In this document: in pieces, positions 46,969-56,475 of the stretch
Position numbering within the stretch: the stretch's first letter is position 1
How the letters are laid out: each line of letters begins with the position of its first letter
Notes under the pieces: model-generated
Database searches by the model: none
Told to the model about the DNA's origin: nothing
The model's input: only the letters and a program-made list of their open reading frames with translations
Position numbers and translations under genes: made by a program
Assembly (NCBI GenBank): GCA_011088265.1
Contig: JAALKB010000001.1
Coordinates: forward strand, 107,576 to 165,452
DNA length: 57,877 nt
Reading direction: 5' to 3'
From: Gammaproteobacteria bacterium
Lineage (GTDB): Bacteria; Pseudomonadota; Gammaproteobacteria; Arenicellales; Poriferihabitantaceae

Positions 46969-47619
46969 TTAGTCGATAGCGGACATAGAGAGAGAGAGTT
47001 GTTTAATTTGCTCTTCAGATAAGGCAAATGCGATCGGGTTCATAATACTGTTTTTTCGTGCACCCGATTTGAACGCCAGCAGTTGGGCTTCGAGATAAGC
47101 GGCTCCCTGGCCCGAGACACGAGGAAAGGCCGGAGGGATGCCGTGGCCAGAAGGTCCATGACAACTCATACAGGCTGCAATCATATAGGGTTCATAACCA
47201 CCACGATAAATTTTGCCACCCTCTAATGCCTGCTCTTCCTGGTCAGGGGTAATTGATCCCTTATTTGAATCAAGACTGACATAATAAGCATCCAAATTAG
47301 CCATATCTTCATCAGATAACGCCGCAGACATTCCCTGCATAACCGGATTTGCGCGATCTCCGGATTTAAAGCTGGCCAATTGAGATGCAATATATCCTGG
47401 AACCTGCCCGGCTAAATGAGGAAAATCTGGTGAAGCGCTGATTCCAACTTGACCGTGACAGGATGCACAAGGCGCCGCTTTTTGCTTACCAGCTTCAATA
47501 TCACCATCCTGAGCTGACACCGAGTGGGAAGTCAAACCGCCGATAGCCACAACAATCATTGCCAAACGAGACGCTTTAGTCAATCGAATTAAAGAGCAGC
47601 GAAATAAAGAGCGGACCAT
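46969..47619 (-). CDS. dihaem cytochrome c4
   Basis: Signal peptide plus two CxxCH sites (CASCHG, CMSCHG). Divergent from engB, as in many gammaproteobacteria. Confidence 0.9.
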   Translation of the reverse strand: MVRSLFRCSLIRLTKASRLAMIVVAIGGLTSHSVSAQDGDIEAGKQKAAPCASCHGQVGISASPDFPHLAGQVPGYIASQLASFKSGDRANPVMQGMSAALSDEDMANLDAYYVSLDSNKGSITPDQEEQALEGGKIYRGGYEPYMIAACMSCHGPSGHGIPPAFPRVSGQGAAYLEAQLLAFKSGARKNSIMNPIAFALSEEQIKQLSLSMSAID

Positions 47620-47760
47620 TGAGTAAGAACCTTAGAAGATTAGCGCGGGAATGATCTATATCAGGTTATTCCCGTTCAACCGTTGAAAATTAATTCACCC
47701 GCATGCGGGCAGAACACGTAAAATTGAGGCCGGATTATATCAACAAACATTCCTAAAAAC

Positions 47761-48396
47761 TTGAGTTCCATCGACTTTAAAAAGGCGAAATACACCTTAG
47801 CCGCCCATTATTCCCATCAATGGCCTGAGGACAATGGCGCAGAGGTCGCATTTGCCGGAAGATCCAATGTCGGTAAATCCAGCGCAATCAATGTTATTAC
47901 TAACCAAAACCGACTGGCGAAAACCAGCAAGACTCCAGGTAGAACCCAGCAAATAGTATTTTTTGACGTCGAGGAAGATATACGCCTGGTTGATCTACCA
48001 GGGTATGGCTATGCTAAAGCACCTGAAGCATTGCGAAAGCATTGGCAATCTTTCATCTCGGACTATCTGTTTAGTCGACAATGTTTAAGAGCGCTGGTCA
48101 TCCCCATGGACATTCGTCGACCCCTTACAGCGCTGGACCTCACCATGCTTGAATGTTGCTGGCAAACTGATCTACCAGCCCATGTACTGCTCACGAAATC
48201 CGACAAATTCAACCGAGGGAAGGCAATCAACACATTACAAAGTGTTAGGAAAGAACTTAAGTCCGCTCCACTCACTTCCGTTCAGTTGTTCTCTTCCCTG
48301 AAAAAAGAAGGGGTGGATGAGGCGAGATCCAAACTCAATGAGTTGTACCGACATCAAAGAAAAAAAGAACAAAATTCACCAACAGACTTAAGGTAA
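47761..48396 (+). CDS. engB: ribosome-biogenesis GTPase YihA/EngB
   Basis: TTG start. FAGRSNVGKSS G1 motif, DLPGYGY and TKSDK. Confidence 0.9.
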   Translation: MSSIDFKKAKYTLAAHYSHQWPEDNGAEVAFAGRSNVGKSSAINVITNQNRLAKTSKTPGRTQQIVFFDVEEDIRLVDLPGYGYAKAPEALRKHWQSFISDYLFSRQCLRALVIPMDIRRPLTALDLTMLECCWQTDLPAHVLLTKSDKFNRGKAINTLQSVRKELKSAPLTSVQLFSSLKKEGVDEARSKLNELYRHQRKKEQNSPTDLR

Positions 48397-48421
48397 ATTG
48401 TGAGCTAAATTAGTGGATCCT

Positions 48422-49687
48422 TTATGGCCTAATATGGCCAGCACCGATTACAATGTATTTTTGAGTAGTCAACCCTTCAAGCCCAACTGGTCCTCTGACA
48501 TGTAGCTTGTCAGTACTAATACCAATTTCCGCCCCAAGACCGTATTCAAAGCCATCTGCAAACTGGGTAGAAGCGTTTACCATCACTGAACTCGAGTCCA
48601 CACAACGAAGAAAACGCTGACTATGTTCAAGATTTTGAGTCAAAATGGAGTCAGTATGATGAGACCCATAGTGATTGATGTGATCGATCGCTTCATCAAG
48701 GCCATCCACTAATCGAATTGAGAGGACTCCATCGAGATATTCGGTATGCCAGTCTTCCTCAGTGACCTCTCCAATTGACGATACTATTTGCCGTGATGCT
48801 TCACAACCTCTTAATTCGATGTGTGTATCCGTGTATTTCTGACACAATCGGGGTAGCACTGTAGGAGCGATATTCTTATCCACTAGCAAAGTCTCCATAG
48901 CCCCACAAACACCATAGCGCCTGGCTTTAGCATTAAAAGCAACGGCAATGGCGCTTTCAACATCCGCGTCTGAATCAATATAGACATGACATATCCCGTC
49001 AAGGTGCTTAATCACGGGAACAGACGCCTCCTCACTAACTCTTGTAGTCAAACTTTTACCGCCACGAGGCACAATCACGTCCACATATTCCTTTAGCTGA
49101 ATTAGTTCACCTACTGCCGCTCTATCAGTGGTTTCAACTAATTGAACACATTCCGCACCCAAACCAGCCTTGGACAATCCATCATACACACAGTTAACAA
49201 TTGCCAAATTGGAATAGATCGCTTCAGAACCTCCCCGCAGAATCACGGCATTACCTGCCTTAAGGCAAAGCGCCGCAGCATCTATGGTCACATTGGGCCT
49301 GGACTCATAAATAATTCCAATCACTCCCAGTGGAACTCTCATTTTTCCCACTTGAATACCGCTTGGCCGATAGTTCATCCCTGTAATTTCGCCCACTGGG
49401 TCAGGTAGCTGAGCGATTTGATGACAACCTTCAACCATGGCCGAGATACGGATCTCGTCGAGTTCCAACCTGTCCAGCAAGGCCGCGGTTAGGTCATTTT
49501 CCCGGCCGGCTTTCATATCTTTCTCATTCTCCGAGAGAATATAGGGCGCCTGCTGTTCCAAGCTTTCAGCGATCGCTTTTAGCGCCGCATTTTTTTGCGC
49601 CGTCGTAGCGTTTGCTATTTTCGACGCCGCACATCTGGCAGACTCCCCAAGACGGAGTATATATTTTGAAATGTCAGTATTTTCCAT
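48422..49687 (-). CDS. proA: glutamate-5-semialdehyde dehydrogenase
   Basis: About 420 aa of aldehyde-dehydrogenase-type ProA. Start taken at MENTDISKY; the ORF extends to 49717. Confidence 0.92.
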   Translation of the reverse strand: MENTDISKYILRLGESARCAASKIANATTAQKNAALKAIAESLEQQAPYILSENEKDMKAGRENDLTAALLDRLELDEIRISAMVEGCHQIAQLPDPVGEITGMNYRPSGIQVGKMRVPLGVIGIIYESRPNVTIDAAALCLKAGNAVILRGGSEAIYSNLAIVNCVYDGLSKAGLGAECVQLVETTDRAAVGELIQLKEYVDVIVPRGGKSLTTRVSEEASVPVIKHLDGICHVYIDSDADVESAIAVAFNAKARRYGVCGAMETLLVDKNIAPTVLPRLCQKYTDTHIELRGCEASRQIVSSIGEVTEEDWHTEYLDGVLSIRLVDGLDEAIDHINHYGSHHTDSILTQNLEHSQRFLRCVDSSSVMVNASTQFADGFEYGLGAEIGISTDKLHVRGPVGLEGLTTQKYIVIGAGHIRP

Positions 49688-49791
49688 AGCGCATTCAGCA
49701 CAAAACCTATTTAACAAATGAGATAGAGCAAATGAGATTAAAAAATTAGAAAGCCAACTGAATCACAGTACGTTGCAAAAAACAGGGAAAT

Positions 49792-50817
49792 CTAGCTCAC
49801 TCTTAATCCACACAACCCGAGCGCAACGCTTTCAATTTCCTCCCAGATATTCTCCCGCTGAAAAGAAGCCCTTCCCTTTACCATCAGATCGATTCGCCCT
49901 AAACGACGTAGCAAATTCAAACATTGAGACAAAGTTAATCGCCGCATAGCTCCTGTTATCAAGCGACTTCGGGCTCCCCAGACACCGTGTTTTTGAAACA
50001 ACGATTGTGGATTCTCACCCTGGGCCGATGCTATCAACAAATTACAAAGCGTTCGTGTATCCCGCGACAAAGCCCATAAGATCACAATAGGTTCCACTTG
50101 CTCGCGTTTCAGACTTTGCAAAATACGTATGCAACGGTTGGTAGCTCCAGAAAGACAGGCATTAACAAAACCATACACGTCAAATCTTGCATGATCGGCG
50201 ATCACTTTCTCCATAAGCTCAACAGAGATTCGGCGATCTGGATATAGCAGCGTCAAAAGATTAATCTCCTGCGCAGCTGCCAGTAGATTGCCTTCAACAA
50301 AATAAGCCAGTCTTTCCGCAACATCGCGGTCGAACGATAATCCTTTTCTGGTCATTCGCCCGGCAATCCATTCTGGTAATTTGGCAACATTAATTGCCGG
50401 ACACTCGACCACTACCCCCGAACCCTCAACCGCTTTAAACCATTTCGTGTTCTGCGCTCGTTTATCGATTTCGCCACTGATTATCACCAAAATTGTGTCC
50501 GCATTCTTTTGCATGGACATATAGAAAATCAGCGCCTTGGCTCCGGCATCCCCCGGCTTTCCAGACGGAATGCGTAACTCGATGACTTTTTTCTCAGCAA
50601 AAATAGACACCGACTGCATATGATCGGTTATTTGATTCCAGTCAAATCCGGTTTCAGACGTAAATCGAAGTCTTTCAAGATAACCAGCCTCTGTCGCCTG
50701 AACGCGGAAAAGATCGACAGCTTCTTCAAGTAAAAGAGTTTCTGCTCCAAAAAAATGATAAACCGGTTGGAGGCCCTGATTGAAGTGCTCTGATAATGAG
50801 GGGAGACTAATACGCAA
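49792..50817 (-). CDS. holA: DNA polymerase III delta subunit
   Basis: 341 aa, downstream of lptE/leuS in the conserved order. Confidence 0.85.
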   Translation of the reverse strand: MRISLPSLSEHFNQGLQPVYHFFGAETLLLEEAVDLFRVQATEAGYLERLRFTSETGFDWNQITDHMQSVSIFAEKKVIELRIPSGKPGDAGAKALIFYMSMQKNADTILVIISGEIDKRAQNTKWFKAVEGSGVVVECPAINVAKLPEWIAGRMTRKGLSFDRDVAERLAYFVEGNLLAAAQEINLLTLLYPDRRISVELMEKVIADHARFDVYGFVNACLSGATNRCIRILQSLKREQVEPIVILWALSRDTRTLCNLLIASAQGENPQSLFQKHGVWGARSRLITGAMRRLTLSQCLNLLRRLGRIDLMVKGRASFQRENIWEEIESVALGLCGLRVS

Positions 50818-51105
50818 ACCTGATACCCAATTGACACATAAATCCCACTGACATTCAGTTTAGTTTAGGGAAAATAAATTGGGAGTACATTCTCTCAGGC
50901 TTTGCCAGTTACGGCATTGTACACACTTGGTACCCACGAGAATTATCTCCGAAAGTCGCTCACAGGGCTAATCCTCGTGAGAAAAACAGTAAAGAATAAA
51001 ACAGGAACAAAAAGAACCCTATCACCATTAACCAGAAAACGCGTTAATTCCAGTAATGTGGACCGAATGAACGCCAGGGAAGACCCTGATGAACGGGTCC
51101 GCAAT

Positions 51106-51582
51106 CTAGAGTCGGCTCAATCTTCTTAGTAACTGTAAAATCAGATCTTTTTCCATTTCTTCTCTTAAGAACTCCGCTTCCTGCTCAGCGAGCAATTCCT
51201 GGTTGGGGTCGTATTCCTGGGTTCTGGTTTGAGAAATAGCGGTGGGTGGTTGCAGTGTTTCTCCATTACCGCTCACAACCGAATAATCGAGGTTATAGTA
51301 ATAGGTATATCCGGTGGCCCTTCCTTGAGCGTCCGTCTTGCTCACCGAACTCAGGTATTGCAAATTTGTGATATCCAATTGGGTAGTACCGGTTTGACTG
51401 ATGACAACAGCGGCGCCATTCCTTTCAAGTTCGTTGGTAAGCGATTCAATAAAGTCTTGATCAGTACCGGACAGGGAAACACTACTTAACGATTTCGGCA
51501 AAGAAAAATTGCCACGCAAATGGAAACCACACCCGGAAATCAGGGAGATAGCAAGCAAAGCAGGTATCAAGCGTTTAAACAT
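51106..51582 (-). CDS. lptE: LPS-assembly lipoprotein LptE
   Basis: Lipobox LISGC after MFKRLIPALLAIS. The position between leuS and holA is conserved. Confidence 0.8.
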   Translation of the reverse strand: MFKRLIPALLAISLISGCGFHLRGNFSLPKSLSSVSLSGTDQDFIESLTNELERNGAAVVISQTGTTQLDITNLQYLSSVSKTDAQGRATGYTYYYNLDYSVVSGNGETLQPPTAISQTRTQEYDPNQELLAEQEAEFLREEMEKDLILQLLRRLSRL

Positions 51583-51630
51583 TGGCGTTTCCATAAAGTC
51601 ATCAATTAGCAAGTGTGGGTATTATAAGAC

Positions 51631-54099
51631 CTAAATGACGAGATTCACCAGTCTACCAGGGACAACAATGACTTTTTTAATGGGTTTTCCCCCTATGTAC
51701 TTCTGCACTTTCTCGTCAGCTAACACCATTTTTTCGATTTCAACTTTCTCACAGGAAGTAGAAACTTCAATTTCACTACGCAATTTCCCGTTTACCTGAA
51801 TTACAAGCAGGACAGTATCACTAACGAGAGCATTTTTATCCACATCAGGCCACGACGCGTCGATCACGTCTCCTCGCTCTCCCATTTCGCACCACAATTG
51901 ATGAGCGATATGAGGAACAATGGGAGCCAATACTTTATTTAAGATTATCAGAGCCTCACGAAGAACCACTGGACCATCCTCATGTCGCTGAAAATCATAC
52001 TTATCGAGGGCATTGAGCAACTCCATCGCCCCAGCAATCACCGTATTGTAGTGAAACTTTTCGTAATCCCGATTTATTTTTTCCAAAATAGAATGCGTCA
52101 ACTTACGGATTCTCCTTGCATCTCCATCAGACACGGATTCCCGCCAATCAGGTTCGTCCATCCTCGCTTGCACACCAGCGACCGCAGTTTTTGAGTTTTG
52201 GGTCAAGGTCCACCATCGTCGCAGGAATCGATGGGCTCCAGCCACGGCATCATCGTTCCATTCAAGCGCCTGTTCTGGCGGAGCTGCGAACATCACAAAA
52301 AGCCGAACGGTGTCCGCCCCATAAAGATCAATCATTGATTGGGGATCTACCGTATTCCCTTTGGATTTTGACATCTTCGAGCCGTCCTTTAATACCATTC
52401 CCTGGGTTAACAGATTGGTAAAGGGCTCATCACTGGTCACCAATCCTGCATCCCGCATCAATTTATGAAAAAATCGGGCATACAAAAGATGCAACACAGC
52501 ATGCTCAATACCGCCCACATATTGATCAACCGGCAGCCAATAGTTTGCTCGCTCATCTAGCATGGCGTTCGCTCCAGGGCAACAATAGCGTGCAAAATAC
52601 CATGAAGATTCAAAGAAAGTATCAAAAGTATCCGTCTCCCGGGTTGCAGGATAGCCCGAGCCTGGCAGAGTAGTATTGTAAAATTCAGGGTCTTCCTTGA
52701 TAGGAGATTTCACACCACAGAAAGCAACATCTTCGGGTAAAATAACTGGCAATTGGTCGTCGGGAACCGGAATAACGTTATCATTCTCGTCGTATATTAT
52801 CGGGATTGGACATCCCCAATATCGCTGACGAGACACGCCCCAATCCCGAATCCGATAGTTAATTTTGCGCTCACCGACTCCTTTTTCCTCCAGAGCAGCA
52901 ATGATCGCATCACTGGCGCTGGTAAAATCCAAACCATCAAACTCACCTGAGTTATAGGTCAGTCCGTTTTTGGCCGTCATCGACGACGTCAAATAATCAT
53001 GGGAAGGATGATCTGGTGATGCAATAACCGGTCTAATTTCAATTTCATGTTTGATCGCAAACTCCCAATCCCGTTGATCATGGGCTGGTACCGCCATCAC
53101 AGCACCGGTGCCATACCCCATCAGTACAAAATTGGCGACCCAAACGGGAACTTCTTCGCCACTAATAGGATGAACGGCATTGATACCCAAAGGAATTCCT
53201 TTTTTCTCCATGGTTTCAAGCTCGGACTCCGCAGTATTGGTCTGTTTGCATTGAGCCACGAACTCCGAAACCCTGGCGTTACTCTCTGCGACTTTTAGTG
53301 TCAACGGATGCTCCGCTGCAACGGAAACAAATGTCACTCCCATAATAGTGTCAGGACGGGTGGTGTAAACACCCAAAGACTCTTCCCCCGGCACCTCGAA
53401 ATTGAACTCCACTCCTTCGGAGCGTCCTATCCAGTTACGCTGCATGGTCCGCACTGCATCCGGCCACCCTTCAAGATTGTCAATTTCTGTCAGCAACTCC
53501 TCCGCATAAGCGGTAATTCTGATAAACCATTGCGGGATCTCTTTTCGCTCTACCAGGGCACCGGATCGCCACCCTCTGCCATTTTCCACCTGCTCGTTGG
53601 CTAGCACTGTCTGTTCCACAGGATCCCAATTCACTACCGCCATTTTTTTATAAGCTAATCCCTTTTCAACCAGCCGGTTGAAAAACCATTGCTCCCACTG
53701 GTAATACTCAGGTGTACAGGTTGCCAGTTCCCGGTCCCAATCATAGGCAAAGCCCAGCCGCTTGAGCTGACCTTTCATATAATCAATATTCTCATATGTC
53801 CATTTCGCTGGGGGCATTTGATGTTTTATGGCAGCATTTTCCGCTGGCAGACCAAACGCATCCCACCCCATGGGCTGAAGCACATTTTTACCCAGCATGC
53901 GCTGATACCGGCTAATGACATCACCAATGGTATAGTTACGCACATGTCCCATGTGCAGTTGCCCCGAAGGATATGGCAACATTGATAGACAGTAGAACTT
54001 CTCTCTCTGTGGATCCTCTTTTACAACAAAACTTCGATTATTTCCCCAATGCTGCTGAACCCGCTGTTCGATTTCTGTTGGGGAGTATTCGTTAGTCAT
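51631..54099 (-). CDS. leuS: leucine--tRNA ligase
   Basis: HIGH-type motif (HMGHVRNY) and KMSKS. Start taken at [12 protein letters not shown]; the ORF extends 38 codons further, to 54213. Confidence 0.95.
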   Translation of the reverse strand: MTNEYSPTEIEQRVQQHWGNNRSFVVKEDPQREKFYCLSMLPYPSGQLHMGHVRNYTIGDVISRYQRMLGKNVLQPMGWDAFGLPAENAAIKHQMPPAKWTYENIDYMKGQLKRLGFAYDWDRELATCTPEYYQWEQWFFNRLVEKGLAYKKMAVVNWDPVEQTVLANEQVENGRGWRSGALVERKEIPQWFIRITAYAEELLTEIDNLEGWPDAVRTMQRNWIGRSEGVEFNFEVPGEESLGVYTTRPDTIMGVTFVSVAAEHPLTLKVAESNARVSEFVAQCKQTNTAESELETMEKKGIPLGINAVHPISGEEVPVWVANFVLMGYGTGAVMAVPAHDQRDWEFAIKHEIEIRPVIASPDHPSHDYLTSSMTAKNGLTYNSGEFDGLDFTSASDAIIAALEEKGVGERKINYRIRDWGVSRQRYWGCPIPIIYDENDNVIPVPDDQLPVILPEDVAFCGVKSPIKEDPEFYNTTLPGSGYPATRETDTFDTFFESSWYFARYCCPGANAMLDERANYWLPVDQYVGGIEHAVLHLLYARFFHKLMRDAGLVTSDEPFTNLLTQGMVLKDGSKMSKSKGNTVDPQSMIDLYGADTVRLFVMFAAPPEQALEWNDDAVAGAHRFLRRWWTLTQNSKTAVAGVQARMDEPDWRESVSDGDARRIRKLTHSILEKINRDYEKFHYNTVIAGAMELLNALDKYDFQRHEDGPVVLREALIILNKVLAPIVPHIAHQLWCEMGERGDVIDASWPDVDKNALVSDTVLLVIQVNGKLRSEIEVSTSCEKVEIEKMVLADEKVQKYIGGKPIKKVIVVPGRLVNLVI

Positions 54100-54445
54100 T
54101 TCAATTCTGGCGATTATCAATCTCTGATCACGACATCCTGTTTCTAAACCATCATCATGATGATCTTTGGAGTGCCCTGTCAAATACATATTCACTGCTG
54201 CTGGCACCGCCACCGGATGTTCTATCCAAAAACAATACCTGACTCAATCAGAAGCCCGTTTACAGCACATAACGTTCTAAACCCTCTGTCAGAGGTTAGA
54301 AAAGAGCGCGATTTTAACTGATTACCATCATCGACGGTGATTAACCGACATATTTTTAGTGTTCATCATTCAAAGCATCTTAAAGCCAAGAGGAATAGGA
54401 CTACTATTAAGGGCCCGAGATATCGATCACCTGGAAATTTCAAAC

Positions 54446-54473
54446 TAAATTCACCCGGCTAAATTCACCCGGC
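54446..54473. repeat. perfect tandem duplication, 14 bp x 2
   Basis: taaattcacccggc twice, in the leuS/dnaG divergent spacer. Confidence 0.95.
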
Positions 54474-54550
54474 CAAATCACTCACTTAACATCACTGATT
54501 CAGGTGAGCAAATGATGCGCAGAATATTGCGCATGGAGTAAAATCCAGCG

Positions 54551-56332
54551 ATGGCTGGCAAAATCCCTAACACCTTCATTGATGATCTCATCGCTCGCGT
54601 TGATATTGTGGATATTATTGATCGCAGGGTGCCGCTCATCCGAAAGGGTAAAGAATATCAGGCTTGTTGCCCGTTTCACGAAGAAAAAACCCCTTCCTTT
54701 ACGGTCAGCCCATCAAAACAGTTCTACCACTGCTTCGGCTGTGGTGCCCACGGAACAGTAATTGGTTTTTTAATGGACTACGCAAACCTAAGTTTTGTTG
54801 AGGCCATCGAAGAACTCGCTGATGGAATGGGGATAACCGTTCCCAGGGAAGACTCCGGCTCACGAGGCAGTAACACTGCCCCCCAGGAAGCCACGGGAGA
54901 GTTGCTCAGGATAGTCGAACAGGCAAGCTACTGGTTTCAACAGCAGCTTCGAAATGATGATGGCGGTAAGAAGGCTATCGAGTACCTTAAGAAAAGAGGA
55001 CTCGATGGCAGAATAGCCGCCAGCTTCGGCATAGGGTATGCTCCTAATAGCTGGAATGGGCTCGCTGGCGCATTGGGCACCTCCGCCCAAAATCAGCAAT
55101 TTTTGCTGAAAGCAGGTTTGGTCTCCCAAAAAGAGAATTCTCCAGAAGCTGCATACTATGATCGCTTCCGGGGAAGGGTGATGTTCCCTATCGAGGACCA
55201 CCGGGGTAGAACCGTAGCATTCGGAGGTCGCATTCTGGACCAGGGAGAACCTAAATACCTTAATTCACCCGAAACTTCACTATTTCACAAGGGCGCAGAA
55301 CTTTATGGATTACATCGCGCCAGACGCGCAATCGACGCCGAGAGTAGAAGTATCGTGGTCGAGGGATATATGGATGTCATCAGTCTTGCGCAATTCGGAG
55401 TGGACAATGCAGTTGCCACATTAGGCACCGCAACAACACGCACCCATCTTCAAAGACTTTTTCGACTCGCTCCAGAAATCGTATTTTGTTTCGATGGTGA
55501 TCGAGCTGGACGGAGCGCTGCCTGGAAAGCGATGGTGATTGCTTTACCCGAAATGCAGGATGGCCGCTTAACCGGATTTCTTTTTCTTCCAGACGGTGAA
55601 GACCCAGACAGCTGGATCCGCAACCACGGAAAGGAAGGCTTTAATCAACAACTTGATCAAGCTATTTCGTTGCCGGAATTCCTCTTTGACGGCTTAACCA
55701 GGCAGGTCGATATGGCTCGAATGGAAGGAAAAGCACGCCTCGTGAGTTTGGCAAAACCACTGCTAGCCCAACTACCCCAAGGGGCATTAAAAGAGATAAT
55801 GTTTGCCCGTCTATCCTCTCTAAGCGGTCTTAGCGCTGGACAACTCGGATCCGATCAGTCTCTCCAAAAGGCCCAAAATACCCACAACAGAAACCGGGAT
55901 GCAAACTTACCAGAAGGGCAGTTATCACCATTGGCTCTAGCCACCAGCCTACTGCTACAAAACCCAGAGCTAGGAAAAACCATCTCGAATATCGATGATC
56001 TCAGGAGCCTGAATATCAAGGGGGCGAACATTCTATTAGCAATGATCGACGCCAGTCTGAATACTCAGGAACAGACCACGGCAAGACTGCTCGAGTCTTT
56101 TCGGGAATCTGAATTTCATTCATATCTTGAAAAATTGGCAGGACGCTCCCACTTTGTGGACGATCAATCGTTGGAACTTTATTTCAACGACACCCTGGAT
56201 CGGTTGTTATATCAACAAAAAGAACAACACCGCCTGGTTTTATTGGAAAAATCTCGACAGGGAACTCTGGCTCCCGGCGAAAAAGAACAATTAGTGAAGT
56301 TATTGCAGACCCGAGTTGTTGATCGCGAATAA
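54551..56332 (+). CDS. dnaG: DNA primase
   Basis: Zn ribbon CCPFHEEKTPSF...CFGCGAHG, a TOPRIM domain (VVEGYMDV, DGDRAGR) and a C-terminal DnaB-binding region. Confidence 0.95.
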   Translation: MAGKIPNTFIDDLIARVDIVDIIDRRVPLIRKGKEYQACCPFHEEKTPSFTVSPSKQFYHCFGCGAHGTVIGFLMDYANLSFVEAIEELADGMGITVPREDSGSRGSNTAPQEATGELLRIVEQASYWFQQQLRNDDGGKKAIEYLKKRGLDGRIAASFGIGYAPNSWNGLAGALGTSAQNQQFLLKAGLVSQKENSPEAAYYDRFRGRVMFPIEDHRGRTVAFGGRILDQGEPKYLNSPETSLFHKGAELYGLHRARRAIDAESRSIVVEGYMDVISLAQFGVDNAVATLGTATTRTHLQRLFRLAPEIVFCFDGDRAGRSAAWKAMVIALPEMQDGRLTGFLFLPDGEDPDSWIRNHGKEGFNQQLDQAISLPEFLFDGLTRQVDMARMEGKARLVSLAKPLLAQLPQGALKEIMFARLSSLSGLSAGQLGSDQSLQKAQNTHNRNRDANLPEGQLSPLALATSLLLQNPELGKTISNIDDLRSLNIKGANILLAMIDASLNTQEQTTARLLESFRESEFHSYLEKLAGRSHFVDDQSLELYFNDTLDRLLYQQKEQHRLVLLEKSRQGTLAPGEKEQLVKLLQTRVVDRE

Positions 56333-56376
56333 ATAAGAAAACCAGTTGTTAACAATGCGTGTTGCAACTAATTTGA

Positions 56377-56385
56377 TGGTATAAT
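56377..56385 (+). promoter_or_regulatory. extended -10-like element (TGgTATAAT) upstream of rpoD
   Basis: Exact TGnTATAAT match. No good -35 element at 17-bp spacing. Confidence 0.35.
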
Positions 56386-56389
56386 CCGC

Positions 56390-56411
56390 GGTCGCATTTT
56401 TGCGACCTTTT
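56390..56411 (+). terminator. terminator/attenuator-like hairpin in the dnaG-rpoD spacer
   Basis: GGTCGCA-tttt-TGCGACC followed by TTTT, 5 nt downstream of a TGgTATAAT element. Confidence 0.5.
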
Positions 56412-56475
56412 ACAGCTAGGCTATAAGAACAACTATTGACCGATCAGCGCTACTAATTATCAAGGCAACACTATT

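Noticed and set aside
54100-54213. 38-codon N-terminal extension of leuS ([19 protein letters not shown]...)
   Set aside because: LeuS proteins begin close to the M-x-x-Y-x-P-x-x-IE motif, found here at 54099. The extension has no similarity to LeuS and is not needed.
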